Positions 1 through 16,449 of a stretch of DNA of 64,000 nucleotides are shown one piece after another. The DNA is from Octopus vulgaris (taxonomy: Eukaryota). The stretch lies in the NCBI GenBank assembly GCA_951406725.2, contig OX597814.1, forward strand, positions 115,382,001 to 115,446,000, read 5' to 3'. A program made the translations under genes and the position numbers. The notes below the pieces were generated by a model that saw nothing but the letters and a program-made list of their open reading frames with translations, was not told where the DNA came from and ran no database searches. The first letter of the stretch is position 1. The number at the start of each line of letters is the position of its first letter.

Positions 1-787
1 ATGGATGTCATTCAGTTTTATTTCAAGATTTCTTGCCGATAGAGAAAGAGACGGTTTCTAACCTAGATCTAAGGCTCCATCATTGGAATTTCAACAATAC
101 CAACAGGGCATTTTTGTATGTATGCATGTAGGTAGGTAGGTAGGTAGGTAGGTAGGTAGGTAGGTAGGTAGGTAGGTAGGTGGGTAGGTAGGTAGGTAGG
201 TAGGTAGGTAGGTAGGTAGGTAGGTAGGTAGGTAGGTAGGTAGGTATACGTGCAGCTTTGTAGGTTTTGCTTTATGTATATATTTTCATTCATATAGTTC
301 CATATCTAAGAAATGCTCATATATATTTAAATGATAAACTTTTGGAAAGGTTTACAGATCTTTACAGTTCCAGTGATGGCTTGGATCTGTAATCTTCGAA
401 TCAGCTTTCCCCTTTCTGGTTTAGAATATACTAATTTCTCAAGTTTGGCATACAGGCAGTGTGTTACATATCCCAGTGCCCTAATAATTACAGTTATAAG
501 CCTGAACTTGTAATCTGGATAGAGTAACTGCAAATTTCTCAATAGTTCAGCATAGGCGTTTTCTTTTTCACTGATCTTCAGCTTTATGTTAGCATCCGCT
601 AGGCAGCTAATTTCCACAACTGTGCACAGTTTTCTCTTCTCTATTCCTATTGAGGTTTTTACTGGGACATTCCACCAGTACTCCTTTTTTATTATGTCTT
701 CCACCATACTGTGGGTTCTTATTTCTTTGTCCTCGGGGTTATCCTTTCGGCGGATCTCGTTACACAATGTCCTAGCTACAATATCGT
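1..787 (-). mobile_element. 5'-truncated R4/Dong-like non-LTR retrotransposon (restriction-like endonuclease C-terminus plus 3' UTR)
   Basis: ORF 327-896 contains (H)DIVAR..EYWWNVPVKT..VVEISC..EKENAYAEL..VIIRALG..LQIQAITGTVKICK, an RLE-type C-terminus. The 5' junction is in (TACA)n. The putative 3' UTR (1-117) recurs at 1563-1680. Confidence 0.75.
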
Positions 788-991
788 ATGTATGTATGTA
801 TGTATGTATGTATGTATGCATGTATGTATGTACGGGAGTATGTGTATATGCATGACTGTATGTATAGATGGGTATGTATATGTACATATATAACAATATA
901 TAAATTACAATTTATATATATACATACAAACACACATGTATGTTTGTGTTCACGTACATACCTGTGCATGAATATGACTATGTATGCACAG

Positions 992-1095
<104 letters not shown>

Positions 1096-1562
1096 TGTGT
1101 GTCTGAGCATTCATAACTGTCTTTCTCTGAAAATTAACAGACATTCCATAGTAAACGTCTCTCATATACTAAGAAGCCTGATGTTCGACAGTTTATAATG
1201 TGAACAATAACGAATAATTTATGAAGACTAAATGGCTTTTAGTAAGTATACAATGCAAACTGATGGAGTACTAAACTCTGGGGAATAATCGAAGAAAAGC
1301 AGTTTAAGATGTTTCAGTAATATCAGGCAACTGATTGCATTATTTAGTATCAAAAGTTAGGACGTCCTGTCGCCTACACTGAAAAGATATCACTGAAATT
1401 TTCTTATATGTCTGTTTTAAATTCGTGAGTAGTTGAACGAAGCAGTTATGGAAAGAATACAAACTTAAGACCAGTTCAAATATGTTTCAAGTATACCTGA
1501 GCCTGTATTGGCTTTTCACTTGAGTTTTATCGTGGAGTATATGTGTGTGGATGGATGATTGG

Positions 1563-1680
1563 ATGGATGTCACTATTCAGTTTTATTTCGAGATTTCTTG
1601 CCAACAAAGAAAGAGACGGTTTCTAACCTAGATCCAAGGCTCTTTCATCTGAATTTCAACAATACCAACAGGGTATTTTT
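1563..1680 (-). mobile_element. Solo copy of the 3'-end segment seen at 1-117
   Basis: About 115 bp closely similar to 1-117, flanked by (GGAT)n and (TATG)/(TAGG)n. Confidence 0.65.
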
Positions 1681-1969
1681 GTATGTATGTATGTATGTAG
1701 GTAGGTAGGTAGGTAGGTAGGTATGTAGGTAGGTAGGTAGGTAGGTATGTAGGTAGGTAGGTAGGTAGGTAGGTAGGTAGGTAGGTAGGTAGGTAGGTAG
1801 GTAGGTAGGTAGGTAGGTAGGTAGGTAGGTAGGTAGGTAGGTAGGTAGGTAGGTAGGTAGGTAGGTAGGTAGGTAGGTAGGTAGGTAGGTAGGTAGGTAG
1901 GTAGGTAGGTAGGTAGGTAGGTAGGTAGGTAGGTAGGTAGGTAGGTAGGTAGGTAGGTAGGTAGGTAGG
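1681..1969. repeat. (TAGG)n microsatellite (also at 128-245)
   Basis: Read directly from the sequence. Confidence 0.95.
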
Positions 1970-2094
1970 TTTTCTCGATATTATAATTTTTCAATAATAT
2001 AATTTGTCAATAATACAAATAATTTTTGATAATATAATACATTTTTGTTTTATCTTAAACAAGACTATTTTTCCTCCGGACAAACTGCAGTGAA

Positions 2095-2417
2095 AAGTCT
2101 TTACAAGTAAGAATATGCCAAACACATTCGAACTACTGCCTCCCATGATGGATATCCTCATTGATAGAAATTTATGTTGGTTGGGTCACGTACACAGGAT
2201 GGACAACAGCACACTTCCTAGAGAAATCCTCCACTGCCAAATATGCAAGGAGAAAAGAAACCATGGAAGACCTAGACTGAGATTGAAAAATATTGCAAAA
2301 AGGAACATGAAGTGGAAAGGAATTGATCCTAATTAATGGCAAACTGAAGCGAAGAACTGACCGATATGGAGAAGGCCATGCCAAAGCCATGAACAGTCAT
2401 AGTCGCGACGACTGACT
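2095..2417 (+). mobile_element. RTE-clade LINE 3' fragment
   Basis: LCWLGHVHRMDNSTLPREIL..RNHGRPRLR matches the RTE C-terminal motif; short GACT tail. Confidence 0.75.
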
Positions 2418-2426
2418 GCAGATAAT

Positions 2427-2810
2427 CTTTTCTACTCTAGGCACAAGGCCCGAAATTTGGGGGTAGTGGGGACAGTCAATTAGATCGACCCCAGTATGTA
2501 ACTGATACTTAATTTATCGACCCCGAAAGGATGAAAGGTAAAGTCGACCTCGACGGAATTTGAACTCAGAACATAAAGACAGACGAAATACCTATTTCTT
2601 TACTGCCCACAAGGGGCTAAACACAGAGAGGATAAACAAGGACAGACACGCGGATTAAGTCTATTATATCGACCCCAGTGCGTAACTGGTACTTATTTAA
2701 TCGACCCCGAAAGGATGAAAGGCAAAGTCGACCTCGGCGGAATTTGAACTCAGAACGTAAAGACAGACGCTAAGCATTTCGCCTGGCGTGCTAACATTTC
2801 TGCCAGCTCG
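2427..2810 (-). mobile_element. tRNA-derived SINE family A (MetaSINE-like core), compound copy
   Basis: Minus strand shows head GAGCTGGCAGAA, B-box GAGTTCAAATTCC and core CTTTGCCTTTCATCCTTTCGGGGTCGAT. Target-site duplication (TSD) GCAGATAAT at 2418-2426 and 2810-2818. Confidence 0.8.
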
Positions 2811-3554
2811 CAGATAATTAAGTTTGTATTCTTTCAGTCATGGATCTATTCGTGTATTTGTTCTGACCTGACAACCAATGTGTGCTGTCAGTTAATATTA
2901 CCTCGTTTACGTTATAGGAAGCAAATCTTTCTGCTCAACTCAGAACTGCTTCTCTTGGTGTCTGGTGCAGAAGAGAACTAATAAGTTCGATATGTATCCA
3001 TCAATCCAATAGAGACCGCTCTGAGATGAATATAATGTTTCTGACACTTTGTTATCTTAAACGGGAATCTTTTACACGATAAGTTACAGGGAAAAGCATT
3101 TGCAGGTTCAAATATCCTTCAGATATATTTGAACTGATTCTGTTTTAATTTCATTTTCGTTTTAAGGTTGTTTTAGTTAAGAAGAAATACTGAGAAACAG
3201 AGAAAAAGAATATTCTGATATCAATAGACTTCCATATAAGAAATCTTTTGAATAACTAACTGAGAATTCTTTTATTTTACCAGAAATGGAAGACTTAAAT
3301 GATTTGAGGATTAATCTAATTCTGTAATCCTTCGAGACATTTTCTTACAATTGTGAACATGATTTCCTGTTTATAAATGTGTTCTGTATTTTCGTTGCTT
3401 TTTCTTTTGTTTTATGTTTCATTAAAATATTGCTTTTCAAAAATACCCAAGCCTACAAATTTATTTATGCGCATGCGTATAGTGTGTGTGTGTGTTTTCA
3501 CAGATAGATATACAGACATCCATATATGTATATATCTATATATATACTCATGCG

Positions 3555-3585
<31 letters not shown>

Positions 3586-3789
3586 ATATGTATATATCCA
3601 TGTATATTTACAGACAATCACACCAATACACACGCACGCGCATGCACACACTCACACACATAAACACACATGACAGAAGTAAATAGACATCTCATAAAAC
3701 ATCGTTTTATGTTTATTCTAACTTGTAAAGGGTTATTTTTTTTATTCATTGATATTTTTATGGTTCAGGTTCTATATGTGACTATTTGA

Positions 3790-5105
3790 TCATGCCGTGT
3801 ACAAAAGAAGCCTTGCGACTGTCTGAATTTCAAAGAGGTCGTATTGTGGGTCATTCTGAAGGTAGACATAGCGTAAAATTGCAGAAAATCTTGGGATAAT
3901 AGAGTGATTGTGCAATTCACCAGAGAGGAGAAGGAGCCTACATTACCTTGCCCAAGTTGACCACGGCTCTCTGACAGGACCCTTCTCTTTGTTAACAGAA
4001 GTGTGAAGGATTATCATTGTTGCAAGTCTCTGAACAGTTGTCAGGTATCTCCACAAAAATTGGTTACTATGGCAGAGCAACAAGAAGGAAGCCACTTCTT
4101 TGACCAGCCAATATCAAGCGTAGAAAATATTGGACCAGTGAGATCGTTGATAGGCCACTAGCATTTTGGGGCACTGTCATATTCTCCAATGAGTCCAGAT
4201 TTGTATTTTCTGACAGTCGTCGAGTATGGGTCTGGAGACTGTGATCAAGAATTTGATGTGAAAAGATTGCAGCCAACAATGAAACATAGCAGCTATTTTG
4301 TGATGGTCTGGGGAGCAATTTGGAGCAATGGTCAACCAGAGCTGGTGGAGTGTGAGGGAAACATAAACTCAGATAAATATATATATCCATATTGCAGAAA
4401 TCACTGCTTCCAATCTTCTCCAGTGGGGAAATAATTACAGAAGACTCTTTATTTACGGAAGATGGGTCTCCTTGTCACACGGCTAAAATGACCCAAGATT
4501 TGTTGGATGAGAATGACATTAGAAAGCCTCCATGGCCAAGCCCGTCACCAGATATGAACCATATTGACCATCTCTGGGGAATAATGGGCAGGACATTTCA
4601 TAACAAGAACAAGAAAGCATCTTCAAAGCGAGATCTTTTGAGATTACTGCATGAAACTTGGCAAGAAATTCCGAGAGAATATTCTTCATCTGATCGTTAG
4701 CATGACTAATAGGGTCCTGTGAAGGCGCATGGCTCAGTGTTTAGAGTGTCGAGCTTACGATCGTGAGGTTGTGAGTTCGAATCTCGGACCGGGCTGCGTG
4801 TTGTCTTCTTGTGCAAGACACTTTATTTCACGTTGCTCCAGTTCACTCAGCCGTAGAAATGAGTTGCGACGTCACAGGTGCCAAACTGTATCGGCCTTTG
4901 CCTTTCCCTTGGATAACACTTGTGGCGTGGAGAGGGGAGGCCGGTATGCATAGGTGACTGCTGGTCTCCCATAAACAACCTTGCCCGGACTTGTGCCTGG
5001 GAGGGTAACTTTCTAGGTGCAATCCCATGGTCGGTCATGACCGAAGGGGGTCTCAGGGTCCTTGCATTGAAAACTGCAAGGTCATATAAATACTCACATT
5101 ATAAC
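3790..5105 (+). pseudogene. Degenerate Tc1-family transposase
   Basis: Fragments LSEFQRGRIVG, VIFSNESRF, VMVWGAI, EDGSPCH and WPSPSPDMNHIDHLW occur across frameshifts. Interrupted by a SINE. Confidence 0.85.
4719..5054 (+). mobile_element. tRNA-derived CORE-like SINE family C inserted in the Tc1 transposase
   Basis: A-box TGGCTCAGTG, B-box GAGTTCGAATC. TSD AGGGTCCT at 4711-4718 and 5055-5062. Confidence 0.85.
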
Positions 5106-6529
5106 AATTAATAAATAATGTGTATGTATAATTTCAGATTTTAACGATTATTATTTACTTGTCATGTTTGTGTATATGTGTTTCGAGCACAGCATCTCAC
5201 ATCCTGTTCCTCATCGACTTGGCGATACGTACTCCACATAGCCGTCGAAATTGCGTACAAAGGTTCGAGCCTCGGAAACTCTGGTCTCGTTGGTAACTAC
5301 CGCAGCCAGCTACGTTCACACTGCTTATTTTGTGCAAGGTATGTTTGATGAAAGGGGGAAATGCGAAGGACCGCTTCTCTTATCTTCTAGAAGAACCGAT
5401 AATCAGCCCTTCTATTTAGTTATGGGTTTTTAAAAGAAAATTTTTTGTAGATTCCTGCGTTTATTTTCCCTCAGAAATCTCGCATTCCGTGGGGATTATT
5501 TTAATTTTAGTTTCTTGCGAAGTTTTTTTTTATATATTTTGTGTGTGAGCTCGTGTGTTATTTCTGGGTGTAATGAAATCGTTGTGTGTAATGTTTGACT
5601 GTTGAGGTATACTGTTTGTCAATTCCTTGTTGGTTGTATCTATGGACATCTTGTTGGTTGGGCGTAGATTGGGTTGCATTTTTTCTGCAGTGTTTGCACT
5701 GTTGATGTTAACTGTGTGGTAGTCTTGATAGAGTTGTAGGTATTGCTCTCCCTTCAAATCTGTCCGTTTTCCTTTTTCTCTGTCGTCATACAGTAATAGT
5801 GTGTCGTTTTTAATCTTTATCACACGCGTAAGATGTTGCAATTATACATTTTATAAACGACATCCGCTTTATTTTGTTTCCTCTTCCATTTAATACTTGA
5901 TACATAATATAAAAAGTTAGAATTGCGAAACAAAATACTTCGATATAAATGTAAATATTTCTTTTCAATTTGTAATCGGTGGTTTGGCAGAATCGTTTGA
6001 TCAAGCGTTAAAATATTTTGTCTTCTAGTTATCGCTTTTTATGTTCTAGTTTAAATACTCCTAGAATCGACTTCTCTTTTAAAATTCTGGGATCAATAAA
6101 ATATGTTCCATAGATGTAATCAAACTGACTATAGCCGTATCCCAAAGGTGTGTGGCTTTAAAAATATATTGACAAACAAAAAAAAACAATAATAATAATG
6201 ATAGCTTCAAATTTTTGTGAAGGCCATTAATGAGAGGAGTTAGTTGATTACATTGACCCAAGTTCTCGACTGGTACCTTTTTATTGATCTTTAAAGGATT
6301 AAAATAAAAGTCAACATCGATGGCATGTAAACTCAGAACTTAAAGAGCAGCTATGCGTTTTGCTTGGCGTGGTAAAGGTTCACCCAGCTCGCCTGTAGAA
6401 AAGAGCATCATCATCATTATTAATTATTATTATTATTATTATTGTTGTTGTTGTTGTTACTATTATTATTCTATGTTTGACTTTTGCAAGAGACAAGCTG
6501 GAAGTTTGTGTTGGTGTTATTATTATTAC

Positions 6530-6581
<52 letters not shown>

Positions 6582-6809
6582 TTCTTCTTTTAACCTTGTT
6601 TCCATTTCTTGCCGAGTGTATTCCTGACACCTAGAAACTCACTATATACATTGGTAGGCCATTAAAATAAACACACCAGATTGTTCATTTACAAAGCCAT
6701 GTAATAGAAAAAGGTAAAAAGAACGAAAAAAGAAAAAAGTAAAAATAATAATAATTAATATAAAAAATTAACAAAGAAAACAAAGAAAAAGGATGAAAAA
6801 AAAATTAAA

Positions 6810-7550
6810 TTTACACAGAAGATGTTCTTCTCAATATGTGTGACGTACCAGTTAAAACAATCTTTTGCACTTCTTGCATGGATGGTAAGTCAAGGATCAT
6901 TCTCAAAGAGTTTTCAGTCCATTTTTTTTTATCATTCCAAGTTCTCCTACAAGCACTAGTATTGTAACCGTCTTGGGATTCCATATTTCACGATTTCAAA
7001 GAGCAGATCTTATGTTTTCTGAGCTTTCAAATTTTTTTTACGAGATTTTATGATCACAAGGATATTTCATATCGATCAATAAACAGACTTTATTGTTTTG
7101 GTCTTTCACTAGAATATCCTGTTTTTTTGGCTTTGATGGCCATTGTCTGTACGTACTGGGAGGTCCCAAAGAATCGTTACATTTTCTCCCTGAGTTACTG
7201 CTTCACGATGGTGTTTATACCATTTGTCAGTAGTTTTAACCAGTGTAGATATTGACCAACTCTGTCATGTCTTGATTTATACTCTATAGGTGCTTAAACT
7301 TTACATCCAGTGATTAAGTGGTCCACTGTTTCAATCTGATCGTTGCAATATCAGCGCTTTGGGTTTACTCCATTTTTCATCACATTGGCTTGGTAGTTAA
7401 ACTTTAATCTTCAGCAGCTACGATGAAGCCTTCGCTCCCTACCTTTAGCACTGAACTCCGTTGTTACTAATAGGTGTGCTTCTGGTCTGCATCATCTTGT
7501 TTGCTCTGGGCCACATACTTGCCATGCAAAGGTTTTGTTCCAACCTATCA
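6810..7550 (-). mobile_element. R4/Dong-like retrotransposon 3' fragment (CCHC knuckle plus RLE), degenerate
   Basis: Minus strand reads KPLHGKY..EGFIVAAED..ETVDHLITGC..YKSRHDRVG..QKIVLTGTSHILRR. Its 3' side runs towards (TAA)n at 6520-6580. Confidence 0.75.
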
Positions 7551-7729
7551 ACAATCATCATCATCATCATCATCCCTTCCTTCCTTCCTTCCTTCCTTCA
7601 ATAGGGACGAAGCCTGAAAGTTTAGGGGATGGGATAGTCGAGTGTCTCGATCCTAGAGCTCAGTTGGTACTTTATTTTACCGAACATTTTGCCTGACATC
7701 TAACGCTTCACCAACTCACTGCTTAAATA

Positions 7730-8232
7730 ACAAGTTATATAGAAAGCTAGTATTTAACCATACTGACGAATGGTATGAACATGAACCTAGTAAAGTAGTA
7801 TAAAGTAAGAAATATAAGATATTGTGGATTTTTAACATTCAGACTGACAGAGCAATAGAAGCTAGAAGGCCTGATTTAGTAGTAATAGGTAAAGAGAATT
7901 GAAAGTGCCAAATTATTGAAATTATAGTCCCAAATAATGAGAAAATCGATATCAGAAGTATTGGAAATATAACAAAGTTCCAGGACCTCTCCATTGAATT
8001 ACAGAAGCTATGACAAGTGCGGGTAAAATGTATCCCAATTATTATAGGTGCATTGGGAACTATCCTTAAGGATTGAACAGATGGAGAGAGAAAATAGGCA
8101 TAAAACCCAGGTTGGTACAGCTCCAGGAAACAGTATTATTAGGATTAGGGACAGCTAGGATACTTAGGAGAATTCTTGGCATCTAAGGTTACTTGTTGTT
8201 GCCCGATGTTAGGATCTAATCTGTAGTGCGTA
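7730..8232 (+). mobile_element. R4/Dong-like retrotransposon 3' fragment ending in (TAA)n
   Basis: WYEHEP..IQTDRAIEARRPDLVV..KFQDLSIEL..IPIIIGALG, followed directly by (TAA)n. Confidence 0.8.
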
Positions 8233-8271
<39 letters not shown>

Positions 8272-8735
8272 TATTATTATTATTATTATTATTGTTGTTG
8301 TTGTTGTTGTTTTATTTGTTTTATAGTGCCAACAAAAAAGGTGAAACTACTGACAGGGAGAGAATCAAAACACATATAATTACTTATATAACATCCATAC
8401 AGAGATACAAAACAGCTACGGTTACATAAACTGCAAACATAGTGGGTGACATAACAGATATGCTTACATAAATAACAAACAGATGAAGGTCACAAATACA
8501 GATATACTAACACAAAGGACAAAGATGAAGAGACAAAAACACGAGTCACAAAAATTACAATCATGTAGAGAGATAAATGCTGATATACTTACATAAATTG
8601 CAATTGAAAGTATTACACCAAAGACTTTCAGTACTTCGCTTTTATACCTGTGCTTGATGTACTGGAAAAAAGATGAAATATTTGCATTGTATTTTTAACA
8701 TATTCTTATAGGCATATTTGCGTGCATGCGTGTGC

Positions 8736-8777
<42 letters not shown>

Positions 8778-8800
8778 TTGTGTGTGTGTGTATGCACACG

Positions 8801-8875
<75 letters not shown>

Positions 8876-9336
8876 GTATATATATATATACATATATATA
8901 TATTAATATTTATATTAAAATTGTAATTTAGGGCATCTAAGAGATACCGCCACGCTGGAAATAGCAGCTATTTCCAGCATGGCGGTATCTTTTAGATACC
9001 CTAAATTATAATTTTTATAATAATGATTACCTTTGAAGGTTTTTATTCCCTGCTGATCACTTGATAAGATCGATATTTAAGTTAACAATGTTATCCTTAT
9101 CTATATAAATATTCATATATATATATATATGTGTGTGTGTGTGTACGTTGGCGATTTTTTTTCCTCCGTCTTCCCTTCTCTGGATTTTCCCTTTTCCTAT
9201 GTTTCTGACGAAGAGCTCCGCTGAAAACGTAAAACCTTCCTTCTTCCCCTCCTTCCTGAGCGTCCAATAATACTATATTTGTTCCACGTCCTCGCGTTGT
9301 TGTGTTTTCTCTTTGTGTTTTCATGTTTGGATTAAC

Positions 9337-9382
<46 letters not shown>

Positions 9383-9580
9383 CATATAACCCATATATAT
9401 ACGTATATATACATACGTACATTTATAAGACGATGGCTTAGCTGATCGCAACTTGGAAGTAATGGTAAATAATACTCTTGTTTAAGAATAATGATTTTGT
9501 ACTCTACAAACGTATAGCGTAACCCTTGAGATTAATGTAAAATTGTTTTTATTACAACTGAACATAAAACCGAACATTAT

Positions 9581-9632
<52 letters not shown>

Positions 9633-9883
9633 TTTGAAGGAATATTATTCCTAACTTACAGGGAAAAATTCCATTTAGAAATACTAAATCAAATTTCACA
9701 AAATATAATATATATACAAAAATTAGAAAAAAACCACCTTTTATCAGTTCAAAATGAACAATTAAATTACACCATCTAGAAAATTACATATAATAGAAAT
9801 ATTAAAAATAAAATAACAATAATATACCGCTGATTAAGTAAACTGCAAAATAATAATAAAAACGTATATATTTGGTATGTATA

Positions 9884-9922
<39 letters not shown>

Positions 9923-10279
9923 CATGGTAGAAATGACTGATGTCCCTCTTAGCGTGAGGCATGTATGTATAATAATGCCCTCTATATATAAATTAATATG
10001 TTCAGTAAGAAAGAACTATTTTCGAATTTTTTCTCTTATGAGGTTTTTCACGCTATCTACCTGATAATTTCTTGTTAAGATTCCTTATTAAGAGGTTATC
10101 CTTAATTGTTAAATAATTTTATTCCGAAAAACCTTTTCCTACCCGAAATGCAATTCGAAGAAGCCCGCCATTTACCGGATGTATGATATGTAAACTTCTC
10201 CATGTGCTTCGTTGGAGTGGGGCAGATGGCTGTTAGACTTTGGCGGTACAGGTCGTTTATTTATGATATGTTCAGAATC

Positions 10280-10343
10280 AGTCTTGCTGATGAGTATGGT
10301 CGCAATTCTGCGGTAAGTACGAAATCACAGGTGATACAAGACT
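10280..10343 (+). ncRNA. Type I hammerhead ribozyme
   Basis: Stem I AGTCTTG/CAAGACT; core CTGATGA; stem II GTAT..GTAC with inner CGCA/TGCG; GAAA; stem III TCAC-AG-GTGA; cleavage triplet AUA. Confidence 0.85.
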
Positions 10344-11184
10344 AAATTCATTTTTTAAATGTCTTGCTTTGAAAAATTGCATTGGGTATGATTAGTAAAA
10401 TTTTTGGTAGAAATGACTGATGTCCCTCTTAGCGTGAGGCATGTATGTATAATAATGCCCTCTATATATAAACATATATATATATATATATATATATAAC
10501 GGGAAGGTTTACGAAAATAAACAAAATACGAAGGCAGGTGGAGTACAAACAAACAATTGTATTAGTATAGCGCTCAGGAATAGAAATAGAAACAGTCTTT
10601 TTTATTTCGAGCCTACGCTCTTCGACAGAAAGATACACAGAAAAAAAAACAAGGAGAGAAACAAGGAGAGAAAAAAAATGCGTGTAGGAGCTAGCTGACA
10701 GTGGTCAGACGCGAGAAGGACAGTAGGGGAGATAAGAGGGTCAAGTGACTTCCAAAAGAAGGTGCCCCCAACACAAAGGTGCGTGTGTGAATAAAATAGT
10801 ATGTGCGTGTGAAAGAGCGTATGTGTATAAGCGTGTGAAAGAGGCTGGTGGTCTAGACGTGTGTGTGTATGTATGTGTGGGTGTGGAGATGTGGGGATGG
10901 ATGTGTGGGTGGTGTGTTATGATGTGATATGTGTATGTATGTGTAAAGATGTGGGGATGGGTGTGTGGGCGGTGTACTGGAGGGAGGAGAGGAGGAGGAG
11001 GAGGAGGAGGGGAGGAGGGAGACGAGGAGGAATATATACATATATATATATATATATATGTCACAAAATGACAGAGGATACTGACTAGCATCACTTTTAC
11101 TAATGATAAGCATTGAACTAACTCAAAGCCTTATATGCACTGTCTGAAATAACTGACAAAGGGAGGTAAGTGTCCACCATACAT

Positions 11185-11240
11185 AGCCGGATCGCGATTT
11201 CGAATTTTGATGTAGACCATCTTAATCCTCATCAGCGGCT
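11185..11240 (-). ncRNA. Type I hammerhead ribozyme
   Basis: Minus strand: AGCCG CTGATGA GGATTAAGATGGTCTACATCAAAATTC GAAA TCGCGA TC CGGCT. All core nucleotides present; palindromic stem III. Confidence 0.88.
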
Positions 11241-11504
11241 CTTAACGCCAAGGGTTAAACTCAACTACCTCTGTCAGTCTTATAAGAAAAACCGTTGAAA
11301 ACGTGTGCTGATTTCCCAAATGGTAAAAGTGTGAACAATAAAATTAAAAAAGCAGGCTTACTAGCAATTAGAACCTAAAGGCAAATTTAATAGAGGTCAC
11401 AAAAGTGACATAGTGTACTTACTAGCACCGCTTTTGCTAAAGATAAGAGTTAAACTTACTCAAAGCCACCTTTTTAATTTGGCACACACACACAGACACA
11501 CACA

Positions 11505-11580
<76 letters not shown>

Positions 11581-11979
11581 TCAACTTGTGTGTCTGTGTG
11601 TGTATCTTTGTGTGTGTCTGTGTGTTTAACTTCCCGGCATATCTCCTCCTAGCCAACAAATCGTAGAACCACTAAAAATGGGTTACTTAAAGTTTAGGCG
11701 AATGAAAATTGAATTGCGCTATTTCTGTTCCGAAATTCATCTCGCAAGTGCAAAAATCGATAATGTGTTTGTTTAGGCTTTATCCCATGCATTGAATAGT
11801 GAACTTTACTCAGTCAGCTGTGTGACGTGAACTGTGTTCACCACGCGTGCAAGCATGCGTAAATTGCATGAAAAAATAAAGAATCAAGATATAAAAACGA
11901 ATCTCCGTAAAGATTGTAAAAATTCGGCAAAGAAATGAATTTTCGGGATGTAGCCTGCAGGGTTTTTTTCGTATTAATA

Positions 11980-13910
<1,931 letters not shown>

Positions 13911-14525
13911 ATGGAAAACATTTGTCCTCAGCCGCTTGGACTACTGCTCCCAACTTTGGTCACCACACAATATAAAACAAACAGCAGAACTCGAAGCAAC
14001 TCAGAGAAGCTACACAAAGAAAATCGTCTCAATGCAAAATGTCAGCTACTGGGAAAGACTGAAAGGTATTAAACCTCTTCTCCCTGGAGCGGAGGCGTGA
14101 GAGATATGCAGCAATATACATCTGGAAAATCCTGGAGGGTCTTGTCCCAAACTTTGGCATTCAAAGTTACTCCAACCGCAGAACGGGCTGCCGCTGCGTG
14201 GTGCCAAGGATTCCAACATCACCATCAAAATACAGGTCCAGATACTGCAACAGCTTGGGTTTCAGAGGACCACAGCTTTTCAACATCCTCCCTAAATGCC
14301 TGAGAGACTTACATGGTGTGGATGTGGGTTTCTTTAAAACTAAACTGATCTCTTCTGTTGGGAGTCCCAGATGAACCTACCTCACGACAGGAGACACGGA
14401 TGCGGGCAGCAGCATCGAACTCTTGTTGATCAAGTGCCACGTATCAGAGGTGGATCTCACAAACTAGTGTGGCTCATTCAGCGGTGGTGCCCCAGCATGG
14501 CCGCGGCTTCGGGCTAAAACATTTT
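13911..14525 (+). mobile_element. 3' fragment of the CR1/L2-group LINE
   Basis: [25 protein letters not shown], homologous to 32625-33250; carries the GGTGCCCCAGCATGGCC tail. Confidence 0.85.
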
Positions 14526-14539
14526 TAAGGATTTAAGGA

Positions 14540-16316
<1,777 letters not shown>

Positions 16317-16358
16317 CGCGAGAAAAAAGCGAGAAAAAAGCAACAAGAATGGATAGGT

Positions 16359-16449
16359 TTTTAGTACAATCGTTTCATACAAGGACAGGCTTTATTAAAA
16401 GTTGCAAAAATTGCAGCATATAAACGTGTCCCGTACTCATCAGCTAAAA
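16359..16449 (-). ncRNA. Type I hammerhead ribozyme at the 3' end of a Penelope-like element
   Basis: Minus strand: TTTTAG CTGATGA GTACGGGACA..TGTCCTTGTAT GAAA CGATTG TA CTAAAA. Confidence 0.8.

Noticed and set aside
40-95. GAAACCGTC motif with a small stem on the minus strand (also 1610-1655)
   Set aside because: No CUGANGA strand and no stem I.
4719-4795. tRNA-like sequences with A and B boxes
   Set aside because: These are SINE heads continuing into SINE bodies with TSDs, not tRNA genes.
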